Source: Alphaproteobacteria bacterium (GTDB taxonomy: Bacteria > Pseudomonadota > Alphaproteobacteria > CALMVH01). From it: DNA of 64,000 bases. Positions 39,203 through 50,012 of the stretch are shown piece by piece; position 1 is the stretch's first letter, and the number at the start of each line of letters is the position of its first letter. The notes beneath the pieces were generated by a model. The model made no database searches. It had not been told where the DNA came from and was given only the letters and a program-made list of their open reading frames with translations. The stretch covers positions 71,102 to 135,101 of the forward strand of contig CBDAQZ010000001.1 of NCBI GenBank assembly GCA_965199335.1. Reading direction: 5' to 3'. Position numbers and translations under genes: made by a program.

Positions 39203-41626
39203 TTGGCCGATATGGAAACTGATTCACGCGAAGCTTACGAGGAGGACTACGACGTCCAGTTCCTCGATGCGGAATCTGACGTTCCGGTGGTTGCCAAGCC
39301 CGATCGCGCCCTTTCGCAGATCGCTCCCAGCTATATGGTTTTCGATACCCGTCGCCAATTGACCTTCTGGTCGATCCGGCCGCAGGACGATTGCATCGAC
39401 TTCGCCCGTCTGTTCCACACCGGCCTTGCGCTGGAGGACCTGATCGAAAAGGCGGTTCGCCTCGGCATCCTGGATACCGAGGGCGTCGAGATGCGCCGCT
39501 ATGTCGGCGAACGCCTGGCCCGGTTCGCCAGCGGCGAGGGATCGTTCCAGTGCCGTCTGGCCGGCGACCGCTGGTTCCGCATCGCGGACAAGCGCAGCCC
39601 GGACGGTACGACCATCACATCGATCGTCAATGTCACCAGCTTCGAACGCCGCGAACGGGCCATGGCGATGCTGCTGGGCGAACACCTGTCCGGCCTGCCC
39701 CTGTTCGAACGTGCGGCGCGTGCGCTCACGATCGGTCTCGGCTTCCAGACCGCCTCCATCGCCCGGCTGGTAGGCGACGACGAGGCTGAAACGATTGCCT
39801 GCCTGCATGCCGGCGTGTCTGTCGACGCGCGGCGCTTTTCCATTCGCGGCACGCCGTGCGAGCCGGTTTACCGCGCCGGCTATTTCGCCTTCAGCGGCGA
39901 CCTGCTGCGTCGCTTCCCGCTGATCAACTTCGACGGATATTTCACCGATATCGGCCATGGCAGCTATGTCGGGCAGGTGGTGTATGCCCGTGACGGCAAG
40001 CCGCTGGGGCATGTTCTGGCGCTGGACGAGTCAGAGCGCCAGTTCGACGAGGGCGAGCGCCGGCTGGTACGCATGGTCGCCGAACACGTCGCGCATGAGC
40101 TAGAGCATACCGATTCCGCGCTTGCGGTCGCGGTCGGTGAAAACCGCCTGCGGGATTTCACCGATACGGCGCAGGAAGCGTTCTTCGAAACCGACGCCAG
40201 CATGATCTGCGTTTTCGCTTCTGCCCAGGCAGAAAACGTTACCGGCCTCAGCGCCACCGCATGGCTTGGCCATCCGATGACCGAGCTGGGCCAGCCGAAC
40301 GATGCGGGCTGGCAGACCTGCCTGGAAGACATCAACGCTCACCGCGCCTTCCGGGGCGCCAGCTTCGCGTTCGGCAAGGAAGGCAAGGGCGGCCCACGCC
40401 TTTCCCTGAGCGGCAAGCCCCTTTTCGATCCGTTCGGCGGCTTTGCCGGGTATCGTCTGGCCGCACTGCCGGCCGCGACGGCGGCGCTGGCCGTCACCGG
40501 CCCGAAGCCGGAAACCGAAGAAACAATGAGCCAGGTCCTGGGCAGTAGCCTGGAAGGCGTCGCGCTGTACAACGCCGACTACAAGCTGATCTTCTGCAAC
40601 GACAAGTTTCTGAACCTGCTGTTCGGCAACAAGCAGGACAAGGTCAAGCCCGGCATGTCGCTGGCCCAGCTGAGCTATCTGTGGCTGCGCCAGGGCAGCG
40701 ATGCCGAGAAGCGCCGCCTGGTGAAGTTCCATCTCGAATCCGACGCGCTGGGCGGGGATTATCTCGACATCACCACGCCCGACGAGCGGACGCTGCGCGC
40801 CATCCGCCGCCGGACGGAGGAGGGTGGCCTTGCGACCGTCTACCTCGACATCACCGACCTGAAGCGCCGCGAGCACGAGCTGTCGGAAGCGCGCGATGCG
40901 GCGGTCGAGGCGAACAGCACCAAGAGCATGTTCCTCGCCAATGTCAGCCACGAGCTGCGTACGCCGCTGAACGCGATCATTGGCTTTGCCGAAATCATGC
41001 GCGAACAGCTGCTGGGGCCGATCAACAACCCGCGCTATTTCGAATACGTCCAGGACATCCGCGCCAGCGGCGAACACCTGCTGGACATGATCAACGACAT
41101 CCTCGACCTGTCGAAGGCCGAGGCCGGGCAGCTGGAGCTGGCCTACGAGATGATCGACATCGGCGACGTGATGAACGCCGTCGTGCGCCTCATGGGCGAA
41201 CAGGCGGAAAGCGGCAAGCTGCACTTCGTCGCGCTGTCGCCGGTCGGCCTTCCGCAGATCAAGGGCGACAAGCGCCGGGTCAAGCAGGTGCTGATCAACC
41301 TGATCTCGAACGCGATCAAGTTCACGCCCGCCGGCGGCACGATCGAGCTGAGCGCTCATGCCGACGACCACAGCGTCAAGATCACCGTCAACGACACCGG
41401 GATCGGCATCGCGGCGGATGAAATCTCCCGTGTCATGGTCCCGTTCGGCCAGGTCGACAGCGAAATCTCCCGTCGTCACAAAGGTACCGGCCTTGGCCTG
41501 CCATTGGCCAAGCGCCTTGTGGAACTGCATGGTGGAGAGCTGCATATCAGCAGCGAACCAAGCCGAGGCACGCGCGTAACCGTATCCTTCCCGTTCAACG
41601 CCAGCAGCAAGGAACGGGCAGCTTAG
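39203..41626 (+). CDS. Cytoplasmic multi-PAS/GAF sensor histidine kinase (HisKA + HATPase_c), orphan
   Basis: 807 aa. H-box VSHELRTPLNAI, N-box LISNAIKFT, G-boxes DTGIGI / GTGLGL. No adjacent response regulator. Confidence 0.9.
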   Translation: MADMETDSREAYEEDYDVQFLDAESDVPVVAKPDRALSQIAPSYMVFDTRRQLTFWSIRPQDDCIDFARLFHTGLALEDLIEKAVRLGILDTEGVEMRRYVGERLARFASGEGSFQCRLAGDRWFRIADKRSPDGTTITSIVNVTSFERRERAMAMLLGEHLSGLPLFERAARALTIGLGFQTASIARLVGDDEAETIACLHAGVSVDARRFSIRGTPCEPVYRAGYFAFSGDLLRRFPLINFDGYFTDIGHGSYVGQVVYARDGKPLGHVLALDESERQFDEGERRLVRMVAEHVAHELEHTDSALAVAVGENRLRDFTDTAQEAFFETDASMICVFASAQAENVTGLSATAWLGHPMTELGQPNDAGWQTCLEDINAHRAFRGASFAFGKEGKGGPRLSLSGKPLFDPFGGFAGYRLAALPAATAALAVTGPKPETEETMSQVLGSSLEGVALYNADYKLIFCNDKFLNLLFGNKQDKVKPGMSLAQLSYLWLRQGSDAEKRRLVKFHLESDALGGDYLDITTPDERTLRAIRRRTEEGGLATVYLDITDLKRREHELSEARDAAVEANSTKSMFLANVSHELRTPLNAIIGFAEIMREQLLGPINNPRYFEYVQDIRASGEHLLDMINDILDLSKAEAGQLELAYEMIDIGDVMNAVVRLMGEQAESGKLHFVALSPVGLPQIKGDKRRVKQVLINLISNAIKFTPAGGTIELSAHADDHSVKITVNDTGIGIAADEISRVMVPFGQVDSEISRRHKGTGLGLPLAKRLVELHGGELHISSEPSRGTRVTVSFPFNASSKERAA

Positions 41627-41759
41627 GCTGACCCTGTCGCAATGACCCAAATCGTAAGCGCATCGCAAGGCGATGACGCTGGCCGGCGTGAATGCTACTG
41701 GGCGAGGATCGCGTAATTCAGGCCAATACCGGTTTCATATTGAGGCAAGGCTAGACGGC

Positions 41760-42560
41760 TTACTCCGCCGCGTAGGCGATCCTGATCACGACGAACCAGT
41801 CATAGCGCGTATCGACGGGTGTGCCGTCGGTGGTGGCGATCAGGCCGGTATCCGTCGTCGGCACATGCTTCATCGTCACCGCGTCATGCACGTTGCCGCC
41901 GATCACGGTCAGCAATCCCGGCTGTGCGTCGATCACGATGTCGCAATGCGAGGGAAAGCCTTCGGCGGTCGGCAGGTCGGCAAAGCCGATGCCGCGCGAG
42001 CGGGCGCGGCCGAGGCAGATCAAATCGCCCGCGACCGGCGCATACCCCGCCGGGTTCTCGGCCGCGACAGCATAGGCGCGGCTATGCGATGCGGCGATGT
42101 TTATATAATCGGAATGCGAAGCAGAATAAGGGAAACGCGTCCCCGCGCCGGCGATGCGCATGACATAGGAGATGAACGCCGCCGACCAGGCATAGCGGCC
42201 GTCATCCTCCGCCGCGAAAACGCGTCCCGTGGCATCGTGCTCGCCGGTCCAGCGTTGCTCGGCGCTGCCACTCGGCATGCCCAGCCACCAGTATTCCCCG
42301 ACGCGCTGCCACAGGCCCTGCGCCCGCTCCGGTTTTTCCCAGCCTTGCCCGTCCTCGATCTCTCCCTCTGCGCCCGGCGAGCCGTCGTCGATGGGCGAAC
42401 CGAACACGCGCCATTCGCGCTCGGCCACGGCGATTGCGGCTGAGCGGGAGAATGGTTCATAGGGACGCTTGGCGAAATCCGGAACCTGCGCGTCCATGGT
42501 TTGGCGGGCGGCGCAGGCGGAAAGAAGCAGCACGACTGCGGCAGCAGCTGCCAGTCTCAT
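41760..42560 (-). CDS. DUF2272-like lipoprotein
   Basis: Lipobox LLLSAC after MRLAAAAAVV. The ORF-track start at 42617 is an extension. Confidence 0.55.
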   Translation of the reverse strand: MRLAAAAAVVLLLSACAARQTMDAQVPDFAKRPYEPFSRSAAIAVAEREWRVFGSPIDDGSPGAEGEIEDGQGWEKPERAQGLWQRVGEYWWLGMPSGSAEQRWTGEHDATGRVFAAEDDGRYAWSAAFISYVMRIAGAGTRFPYSASHSDYINIAASHSRAYAVAAENPAGYAPVAGDLICLGRARSRGIGFADLPTAEGFPSHCDIVIDAQPGLLTVIGGNVHDAVTMKHVPTTDTGLIATTDGTPVDTRYDWFVVIRIAYAAE

Positions 42561-42862
42561 TGCGTTTTCGGTAATGTATCGAGATAGGATTGATACTGTT
42601 TCTGCTGGGCTTCCCACGTATCCAGGACCTTGGAGAAACGATTCTGATCATCGATGCCCTTGTTGAGCATCGTCTCGTAAAGCTCCATGTGCTTTGCCTG
42701 GCGCGCAACCATGTCGATGGATTGCTTCTGGGCCGCCTGGTACTGCGCGGCAAATTCGGGGGAGGCAGTGACAGCCTCCCCCGAATTGGTCTTCAGGTTG
42801 AAGAACAGCAATATAGCGGCGATGCCTGCGGCGACACCCGCTGCGAATATTGCTGCCTTCAT
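42557..42862 (-). CDS. Small secreted/membrane-anchored Gln-rich coiled-coil protein (hypothetical)
   Basis: 101 aa starting MKAAIFAAGVAAGIAAILLF. The start lies 4 nt after the upstream comEA-like stop. Its stop abuts the start of the DUF2272 gene. Confidence 0.5.
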   Translation of the reverse strand: MKAAIFAAGVAAGIAAILLFFNLKTNSGEAVTASPEFAAQYQAAQKQSIDMVARQAKHMELYETMLNKGIDDQNRFSKVLDTWEAQQKQYQSYLDTLPKTQ

Positions 42863-42866
42863 CGTC

Positions 42867-43199
42867 TTACTTCTTGACCTGATGGGCGATGATCTTGTCC
42901 TTGATGCCGTTATAGACATCGGACGGCAGGATCTTCTTGGTCAGCAGCTCGGTCTTGCGGGTATAGGGACGGCCCGCGATGATCTTCGCCGAATAGGCCT
43001 TGCCGACGCCCGGCAGCGCGTCCAGCTGGTCCGCCGTCGCCGTGTTGATGTCCAGCAGGCTGGCCTTGGGCAGGGTGGCCGTTGTCGTCGACTTTACCGC
43101 AGGGGTGGTGGTCGTCTGGGTTGCGGTCTGCGCGCCCTGGGCAAAGACCTGCCCGCCGCACAGTGACAGCGACAGGGCGATTGTAGCGATCTTGAGCAT
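42867..43199 (-). CDS. ComEA-like helix-hairpin-helix DNA-binding protein
   Basis: Signal peptide, then [32 protein letters not shown] (tandem HhH). Confidence 0.75.
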   Translation of the reverse strand: MLKIATIALSLSLCGGQVFAQGAQTATQTTTTPAVKSTTTATLPKASLLDINTATADQLDALPGVGKAYSAKIIAGRPYTRKTELLTKKILPSDVYNGIKDKIIAHQVKK

Positions 43200-43224
43200 C
43201 TTCACTTGGCTTGTTCCTTTTTTA

Positions 43225-45636
43225 TTACCGTCCCACGCCGGGAAAGTAGGTTGCGGCATAATCATAGCCGGCTTCGCGCGCGATGGAAGGGATAAGGCGC
43301 TCCAGCGCGTGAAGAATGGTGCCGTCGACCGGCAGGGGTTCGCTGGGATAGTCGTCCCACGCGATGTCGAGCCGCAGCAGGGGTTTCAGCGCAGCGCCAC
43401 GCGCCCAGAACATGGTGCCGATCGGAAAGTCGATATGCTTGGGCAGGGTGGTCTTGAAGCCCATGCGCTCGCCCATGCGCTGCGCATGTTCGAAATCGAA
43501 ATCCCAGCCGATTACATTGGGGTCTTCGGGGAAAACGAGGCCAAGCCTCGGATTTTCATTGAACGTTTTCAGTATGATGTCCATCGCCGCCGTCTTTGGA
43601 CCGATCAGATGCTGGAACATGAAATTGCGCCAGCGTTCACCCAGGTTCGGGTCCCATTTGGCGGTATGCAGGCTGCGCTTGCCGTGGACATGGCCGATGA
43701 AATCGTAATTGCCGTGCAGCGTCTGGCGGTAAAGATGCAGGAAAGGGCCAATATCGCGGCCCTTGTTCGGCACGATCTCGACCGTCGACTTGCCGCCGGC
43801 ATAGGTGCTTGTGGCCCTGAGCAAGTACTGCCGGTTTTCCTCGCTGCCCGTGGTCAGGAACAGGTCGACGCGGGTGCGGTTGGCGGCCAGCGCCTTCAGG
43901 AAGATGTCGAAATGATCGACATAGTAGAAATGGCCATGCACGGCCACGCGTCCCGTTTCGGCCTCCGGCTTTTCCGGAAGATCGAGGCGGATCACCTTGT
44001 GTATCCACGGGCCGGTCGGCCTGCCTGCCTTCAGGTAATGGGTCAGCGGATCGAGGCGCAGCGATTTGAAGTCCGGCGTCTGGCTGGCGTATAGCTCGGG
44101 GTGGAAACCGGCCAGCGTGCGCTTGCGGAAACCGTCGTAATAGCTGCGCTCCAGATAGCCCTCGATCAGCTTCGGCAACGCCGCGTCCGGAACGATATTG
44201 CCGGCATAAAGCGCGGCGTCGAAATTTCCGGGGTGTGTCAGCATCTTCACCGTCGCGGGCCGTTCGGCACGGGCTTTTGCCGCATCCTCCCCGAACGCCG
44301 CCAGTTGCCGTGCATAGGTACCGATGTCGCAGGCGGCGCGAACGCGTTTTTCCGCTGCCTGGCCAAGCGAAGCGGCAAGCGCGCGGTCCTGCGCCAGATC
44401 GTTCAGCAGCGCGACCGCAGACGGAATGTCCATATGCGGCAGGACGAGGCGGGCGGTCGCGGAATCGTCGACCAGTATCTCGGCAATGCCGCCGGCATTG
44501 GCGAAGCAGGCAACCGGTTTGCCGGCCAGGGCGAAATCGATTGCGGGCGAGGGCAGGTAATCCAGCCGCGCCGTCGCATAAAGGATATCGACATCGCTAT
44601 AAACCGCCTGCGTGTCGTCGCGCTCGAACAGCAACGTGACCGTCTCGCGCATGTCGGCGCGCGCGATCTGTTCGTCGATGTACTGCGAATAATCCTTGTC
44701 CGGCGCACGGCCGATCCAGACGAAATGAAATTTCGCCTGCGGGTTCTGGGTACGCCAGGCCGTCGCGGTCGTGACGAAGGCATCGACGCCGCTGCGGTAT
44801 TCGATAATTCCTTGCCCCAGCACCAGAAAGGCATCGGCTGGGATATAGGCCAGCCTGTCACGCAGGAGGCCGGCTGTTTTGTCCTTACCAACCTGTCCCG
44901 GTGCGATGACATGGGTGCGGCGGTAATCCAGCCTTCCATAGAAAGGGCCGTAGAGGTCTTCCACAGGCTTGCACGAAAATACGATATCGTCGGCGCGGTC
45001 CAGAAGGCCGCGCGTGGTCGAAGACGGGCTCAGCAAAGCCAGCGGCAATTCGTGGATCAGCGCGATCGTGGGTACGCCGGCGGTTGACAGGGGAATGGCA
45101 AGATGGCGGGTTTCGGCTCCGGCGGCGATGGCGAAGCGCGGTTTGTGTCCGGCAGCCAGACCCTCCGCCATGCCCAGCCCGGCCGCATAATCGTCCGCCC
45201 CGATGTTCAGCGGACCAACCACGGCATCGGCCGCTTCGGCAAAGCTGGCCGCGATCGGCCCGTCTCCCAGCAGTACGGCAACGATGCGATACGTCTTGCG
45301 TAGCTCGCGCATCAGCGCCCGCCCTAAAAGCGGTCTGGCGGTGTCAGTTGCCTCGTGCACCAGCACGAACACCGTCGGGCGATCATCATTGATCGTATCG
45401 ACGGTGCCGGTGCCGGGGGAGGTCGCAACGCGAACCGGACGGCGCAGCTTGTTACGCAGGCGGCGTGCCACCCGCGCCACCCGCAACGCCTGGTAAAGCA
45501 GCGGGGCGAAGCGCTTCAGCCGCTTGCCCATGCGCACGGCGGTGCTTTGCTCCAAGGCATTGATCTCGACCGCCTGCGCCGTAACCTGGGCCGCAAGCTT
45601 GTTACGCTCGTTCAAAAGTTCCTGATACGCATCCAT
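43225..45636 (-). CDS. Large polysaccharide glycosyltransferase: GT4-like N-terminal half fused to a rhamnan-synthesis RgpF-like C-terminal domain
   Basis: 803 aa. The C-terminal ...[13 protein letters not shown]...[16 protein letters not shown]...FMFQHLIG matches the RgpF family. The central region has a GT-B-like fold. Confidence 0.75.
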   Translation of the reverse strand: MDAYQELLNERNKLAAQVTAQAVEINALEQSTAVRMGKRLKRFAPLLYQALRVARVARRLRNKLRRPVRVATSPGTGTVDTINDDRPTVFVLVHEATDTARPLLGRALMRELRKTYRIVAVLLGDGPIAASFAEAADAVVGPLNIGADDYAAGLGMAEGLAAGHKPRFAIAAGAETRHLAIPLSTAGVPTIALIHELPLALLSPSSTTRGLLDRADDIVFSCKPVEDLYGPFYGRLDYRRTHVIAPGQVGKDKTAGLLRDRLAYIPADAFLVLGQGIIEYRSGVDAFVTTATAWRTQNPQAKFHFVWIGRAPDKDYSQYIDEQIARADMRETVTLLFERDDTQAVYSDVDILYATARLDYLPSPAIDFALAGKPVACFANAGGIAEILVDDSATARLVLPHMDIPSAVALLNDLAQDRALAASLGQAAEKRVRAACDIGTYARQLAAFGEDAAKARAERPATVKMLTHPGNFDAALYAGNIVPDAALPKLIEGYLERSYYDGFRKRTLAGFHPELYASQTPDFKSLRLDPLTHYLKAGRPTGPWIHKVIRLDLPEKPEAETGRVAVHGHFYYVDHFDIFLKALAANRTRVDLFLTTGSEENRQYLLRATSTYAGGKSTVEIVPNKGRDIGPFLHLYRQTLHGNYDFIGHVHGKRSLHTAKWDPNLGERWRNFMFQHLIGPKTAAMDIILKTFNENPRLGLVFPEDPNVIGWDFDFEHAQRMGERMGFKTTLPKHIDFPIGTMFWARGAALKPLLRLDIAWDDYPSEPLPVDGTILHALERLIPSIAREAGYDYAATYFPGVGR

Positions 45637-45687
45637 TGGGGGCTAATAAGCATGGACCCGCGCCGAAATACAGACCGGAATCAACGA

Positions 45688-46179
45688 TCAGTGCGACATA
45701 TCCATGCCGTCCATCTTCATGCCCTGCATGCCGCCCAGCGGCTTGAAAGTCGCAGGGCCCCTGACCGTTACCGTGACCGGCAGCGGACCGGCATGCTCGA
45801 ACGTCAGCAGCAATGGAAAGGTATCGCCTGCCTTGAGGGGGTTTTTCAGGCCGGTCAGCATCAGGTGATAGCCGTTCGGTCCCGCCTTGAACGGGTGCTG
45901 CGGGTCGATCGCGATCGGTTCGGTCACGGGCCGCATCCGCATGATGCCGTTATCCATCGTGCTGTCGTGCATTTCCGACTTGTCGGCGATCGGCGTGCTC
46001 TCGGCGGTCAGCCGGTCGGGCGTGCCCGAGTTCTCGACCGTGAAATAGACCGCGGCGCTGGATTGAGCCGTTGGCGTTGCCCGCGACCAGGCGTCAGATA
46101 CCTTGATCCGGTCGGTGGTCTGGGCCATGGCCGCCGTCGAAATACAGGTTGCGAATAAAGCCGTGGTCAATCTGTGCAT
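45688..46179 (-). CDS. Periplasmic copper chaperone PCu(A)C (DUF461)
   Basis: YHLMLTGLKNPLKAGDTFPLLLTFEHAG is the PCuAC signature. Met/His-rich C-terminus. A GGGAGA ribosome-binding site lies 6 nt upstream. Confidence 0.9.
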   Translation of the reverse strand: MHRLTTALFATCISTAAMAQTTDRIKVSDAWSRATPTAQSSAAVYFTVENSGTPDRLTAESTPIADKSEMHDSTMDNGIMRMRPVTEPIAIDPQHPFKAGPNGYHLMLTGLKNPLKAGDTFPLLLTFEHAGPLPVTVTVRGPATFKPLGGMQGMKMDGMDMSH

Positions 46180-46198
46180 GTTGTGTCTCCCTGTGATG

Positions 46199-46792
46199 TT
46201 ACGGCAGATGCCGGCCGATATCGGCGGCGATGGCGTCGCCCTGTTGCTCGGCGGCGATGACGGTGACGAATTTGCCATCCCGGTCCATGAGATAGAACAC
46301 CGAACTGTGGTCTACCTCGTAATCGTTAGACCCCGTGCCGGTACGATGGACTTCGCTGTATACCTTATAGTCCTTCTCGACCGACGCAATCTGCTCGCTT
46401 GTGCCGGTCAGGCCCAGCAGGGTCGGCCAGAACTGGGCGACGTAGGATTTCAGCACGGCGGGCGTGTCGCGCGCCGGGTCGACGGTTATGAACAGCGGTT
46501 GTATCCCGTCGGCCTTCGTGCCCAGGGCTTTCAAAGCGATCGCCAGGTCGGCCATCGTCGTCGGGCAGACATCTGGGCAGAACGTGTAGCCGAAATAGAC
46601 CAGCATGTATTTGCCGCGAAAGCTGCGGTCGGTCACAATCCTGCCGTCGCTGGCGACAAGGCTGAAGGGGCCGCCGACGCTGCCGCTGGAATCGCCATGA
46701 TACAGCATCACGCCGGCGATCAGGCCGACGCACAGCAGCGCCATGGCCAGCGCCGGAAACAATATGCGTCGATCAGTGGTGATGGTGGGCAT
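46199..46792 (-). CDS. SCO1/SenC-family copper chaperone (thioredoxin fold, CPDVCP)
   Basis: YFGYTFCPDVCPTTM ... H; TM anchor. Confidence 0.9.
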   Translation of the reverse strand: MPTITTDRRILFPALAMALLCVGLIAGVMLYHGDSSGSVGGPFSLVASDGRIVTDRSFRGKYMLVYFGYTFCPDVCPTTMADLAIALKALGTKADGIQPLFITVDPARDTPAVLKSYVAQFWPTLLGLTGTSEQIASVEKDYKVYSEVHRTGTGSNDYEVDHSSVFYLMDRDGKFVTVIAAEQQGDAIAADIGRHLP

Positions 46793-48665
46793 GACTCATA
46801 TCCATGGCTGCCAGCGGATGATCCACGATTTCATGCACGCTGACCAGCAGCTTGTCGGGATCGTTCCAGTCCCTGTTCTCTTCCGGGCGCTGCCAGCTGC
46901 GCAGCCAGCCATTGGGATCGATCAGGAACTGCCGGCCGTCCATGTCCCCTGCATCTACGCCCGACACATTGGCATAGGCCGCTGCCAGCGAGATATCGCG
47001 CGCGGCGCAATGGGCGCTGTCCGGCACGGCATGCGGATCGGCCAGCACGGTGACCAGCTGCCCGTCCAGCTTTTCGGGTGGCGTATGATCCGCGCCGAAC
47101 ACCAGCCTGACGGCCTGGCCATGCAATCCCTGCAGGTTGGTCGCGCCGCCGATGCAATCGATATCGAAGCCGGGAGCCTGCACCTGCATGTGATTGTCAC
47201 CGGCATTGCGGGCCCGGATGAAGTCGATCAGCTGCCAGCGTTCCTCCTCGCTCAGCATGGCGGCGAAAGGCGGCATCGCCTTGCCGCCATCGGGCGCATC
47301 GATACCGTTGGTCAGCCACCAGAACAATTCGCCGTCGCTGTGCCCCCAGAGATGGCCGGCGGTCAAGTCGGCGGGTGGTATGGGCAGATCTGTCGCATCC
47401 GGCCCATCGCCCATGCCGGTGGGCCCGTGGCAACGTGCGCAGTTGGCTGGATACAATGCCGCGCCTGCCGCGATCGAGCGGGTGCTGAAGCCTGTGGTCG
47501 AATGATAGAAGCTGGTCGGATAGGCCTCGACCAGCAGCAGGTCCAGATGCGGGACGGCGAACCAGACGATCACGGCCGCCAGCAGCAGGCCCGGGTAGCG
47601 CAACCGGCGCATGAAGATGGCGGCGACAATCAGCCCCGTGGCGGCGAGCAGCGCCAATGCCGCATATTCGACTTCGGCCCGCAACTCGGGTGCCTCGTTC
47701 AGGGTGAGCAGGCTGAATTGAAGGCCGAAAGGCCAGACGGACTGGATGTGCATGCCTGGCGGCAGCATGACCAGGGTGCTGGCGACCAGAAGGATCGCAA
47801 GGCCGAAGCCGGTTTCCAGGGTGATGCTGCGGACTAGCTTCCTGGCATCCCGCTCGGGCGTCAGGCGAAAGCGATTGAGCGCGGCAAATCCCAGCAGGAT
47901 GCCGAACAGCGCCAGCTTGACGAGTGCCAGCCAGCCATAGGCTGTCCCGACCAGAGCGGGAATGCTGCCGACCAGCACCGATCCCTGCCACAGGGCGGTT
48001 ACCAGCAGAGTCACGACACAGGCGGTACCGAAGCTGCCGAAACGGTGCGCGGCCAGGAAAGCGGGTTTGGCATCGGCGGCGCGTACAAGCATCAGCAACG
48101 GGACGAGCGATCCCAGCCAGGCGGTCGCGGCAAGCAGATGCGCGATCTCCGACAACAGCAAGGGACTGAACCCGTCATACATCGCAGCGGCGTGACCATG
48201 CCAGGCTTGCGCGACCACGGCGCATCCGGCCATGAAGGCGACAAAAGCGAATGTCTCGGAAGTTGTTTTCCTGAACAGCAGCAACGCCAGAGCGGCAAGC
48301 AAAGCCGTCGCCTGCAGGATCACGATATGGCCGAACTCGGTCGAGCCAAGCACGGCCGGTACCTGCGCCAGTGTCGGCATCAACCCGTGCGTGCCGGCTA
48401 ACGCGCCGCTTTGCACAACCAGCCACAGGCACAGAAAGAAAAGCGCGGCGCCGATGCTGGCGATGCCGGTTTTGCGGTATTTCGCATCGAGCCGGGAAGC
48501 CGCGGCCGGCGACATCAGTTTCAGCGACGGTCCCGCCAGTCGGCTGCGGAACAACGGCGTGCCGTAGGCGGAGGCCAGCGACGCGACGGACAACCCGCGC
48601 GAGAGGGCGAGCCAGAGCCCGCCCTCCGCTAGATCGAACGGTGGCAATGCCCCATTCAGTATCAT
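46773..48665 (-). CDS. copD: CopD-family copper-resistance membrane protein fused to a c-type cytochrome domain (CARCH) and a further C-terminal domain with an HAHHHH tail
   Basis: The N-terminal roughly 300 aa has about 8 TM helices (CopD). A CxxCH heme motif follows at CARCHGP. The start makes an ATGA overlap with the copC stop. Confidence 0.8.
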   Translation of the reverse strand: MILNGALPPFDLAEGGLWLALSRGLSVASLASAYGTPLFRSRLAGPSLKLMSPAAASRLDAKYRKTGIASIGAALFFLCLWLVVQSGALAGTHGLMPTLAQVPAVLGSTEFGHIVILQATALLAALALLLFRKTTSETFAFVAFMAGCAVVAQAWHGHAAAMYDGFSPLLLSEIAHLLAATAWLGSLVPLLMLVRAADAKPAFLAAHRFGSFGTACVVTLLVTALWQGSVLVGSIPALVGTAYGWLALVKLALFGILLGFAALNRFRLTPERDARKLVRSITLETGFGLAILLVASTLVMLPPGMHIQSVWPFGLQFSLLTLNEAPELRAEVEYAALALLAATGLIVAAIFMRRLRYPGLLLAAVIVWFAVPHLDLLLVEAYPTSFYHSTTGFSTRSIAAGAALYPANCARCHGPTGMGDGPDATDLPIPPADLTAGHLWGHSDGELFWWLTNGIDAPDGGKAMPPFAAMLSEEERWQLIDFIRARNAGDNHMQVQAPGFDIDCIGGATNLQGLHGQAVRLVFGADHTPPEKLDGQLVTVLADPHAVPDSAHCAARDISLAAAYANVSGVDAGDMDGRQFLIDPNGWLRSWQRPEENRDWNDPDKLLVSVHEIVDHPLAAMDMSHAHHHH

Positions 48666-49018
48666 GGTTGGTAATCGAAGCTGTAATGGCCGTTGGTGTG
48701 ATGGGTATCCACCGATACCACGTTCCATCTCACCTCGTAATGCCCGGGTTTGAGCGTCGTGCCAATCGGTGCGATCAGCTGCTTGGCATTACCGGCATCC
48801 ACAGTGACCGTACCCAGCTGAACGGCCTGACCATCGGCGGCGAACAACGCGATGTGCGAAAAGGTAGGTTCGATCGCTTCGGTATAGACGATGCGGATTT
48901 CCGTTGGCGCTGCCGCCACCGTCGATCCGACACGCGGCGTTGCCTCGTCCAGGAAGGCGTGGGCATCGGCAGCCCCCGCGGAAAGGCATGCCGCCGCTAT
49001 CAGGATGATATGTTTCAC
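48662..49018 (-). CDS. copC: Copper-resistance protein CopC (periplasmic copper-binding)
   Basis: The mature N-terminus is HAFLDEATP... (His1 ligand). The CopC fold is 118 aa. The GTG start overlaps the upstream stop (GTGA). Confidence 0.9.
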   Translation of the reverse strand: MKHIILIAAACLSAGAADAHAFLDEATPRVGSTVAAAPTEIRIVYTEAIEPTFSHIALFAADGQAVQLGTVTVDAGNAKQLIAPIGTTLKPGHYEVRWNVVSVDTHHTNGHYSFDYQP

Positions 49019-49949
49019 AGGCTGTCTCCTCCGAAAATGGGTTGGCCGAAAACGGCCGGCAGAAGATCGTCGAGGAAGACATGGAACTGGCCGATGACGC
49101 CTGTGCCATGCTGACTATTGGCGTTGATCGGAACGATCGCCTCCAGTCCGAACTGCCAGGTATCTGCCAGGTAGATGACGCCCGGATTGACCGTACCGCC
49201 GAAATCGTGATCGCCGTGGTCCAGCCCGACCGATAGCGGGAATTCCACTGTCGGGACCAAGTGATTTACGAAGCTAGGCAAACCGTAATCTTTCACCGTG
49301 GATTTGAGATAGGGCATGCTGTATTCCAGCGCGATTCCAGGCTGGAATTCGTCACCTTCTGTCCGGTCCTGCGGAATGGCGAGACCCAGCGTGCCGGTGA
49401 CCGCAAATGGCCTCAATAACGCTACGCTGTCTGGTAGATCGCCCATGCCCTTGCCGAAATAGAAAGTCGGCGTGTAGGTGCTGTTGCGATCGACACCGAT
49501 GCGGGACGAGCCGCTGCTGCCGACATCGACCACAAGGCCGGCCGACATCAGGATCTCGTGTTCGTCGTTTTCATAGAACTGGTATTTTCCCGGACACTTC
49601 GAGGTTCTGGAATCCGTAGCTTCCCGGTTCGCCCTTCGCGGTCTGCGAAGTCCCACCCCGGCGCGATGCCGACGGCGAAATTGGGCGCCACCAGAACGTC
49701 CAGTTCGGCGCCGACATCGGTTTCGCTTGGGATGTTGCCGCTGTCGTCTCGCGAATTGCGCTGCCAGCCCACAGTCGGCAGCGAGATCTCGCTGGCGGCT
49801 GCAGGATCGTCGGTGGCAAGAGTTGCAGGGAACACGCGGTCGCCGGCAATGCCGTGCGCGTGGGATGATGCGGGCAGCAACAGCGCCGCCGTAGCCAATA
49901 GCAGGGCAGGCGACGCAAGGCGCGCCTTCCCGTGATTTAGGAAAGTCAT
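49015..49949 (-). pseudogene. Outer-membrane beta-barrel-like protein gene disrupted by two +1 frameshifts in about 50 bp (49560-49620)
   Basis: Frame A is signal peptide MTFLNHGKARLASPALLLATAALLLPASSHA ... GWDFADREG. Frame B is EPGSYGFQNLEVSG. Frame C is KYQFYENDEHEILMSAGL ... to the TGA at 49015, which is coupled to copC. Each frame is protein-like only on its own side of the junctions. Confidence 0.5.
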
Positions 49950-50012
49950 GACGTCTCCGGAAGTTCGTTTTCAAGTAAGTGCGAGCGCGCCGGCCGAGTA
50001 CCGGCGGAAATA

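Noticed and set aside
40100-41668. 522-aa minus-strand ORF antisense to the histidine kinase
   Set aside because: Same artefact class. The histidine kinase on the plus strand has complete conserved H/N/G boxes.
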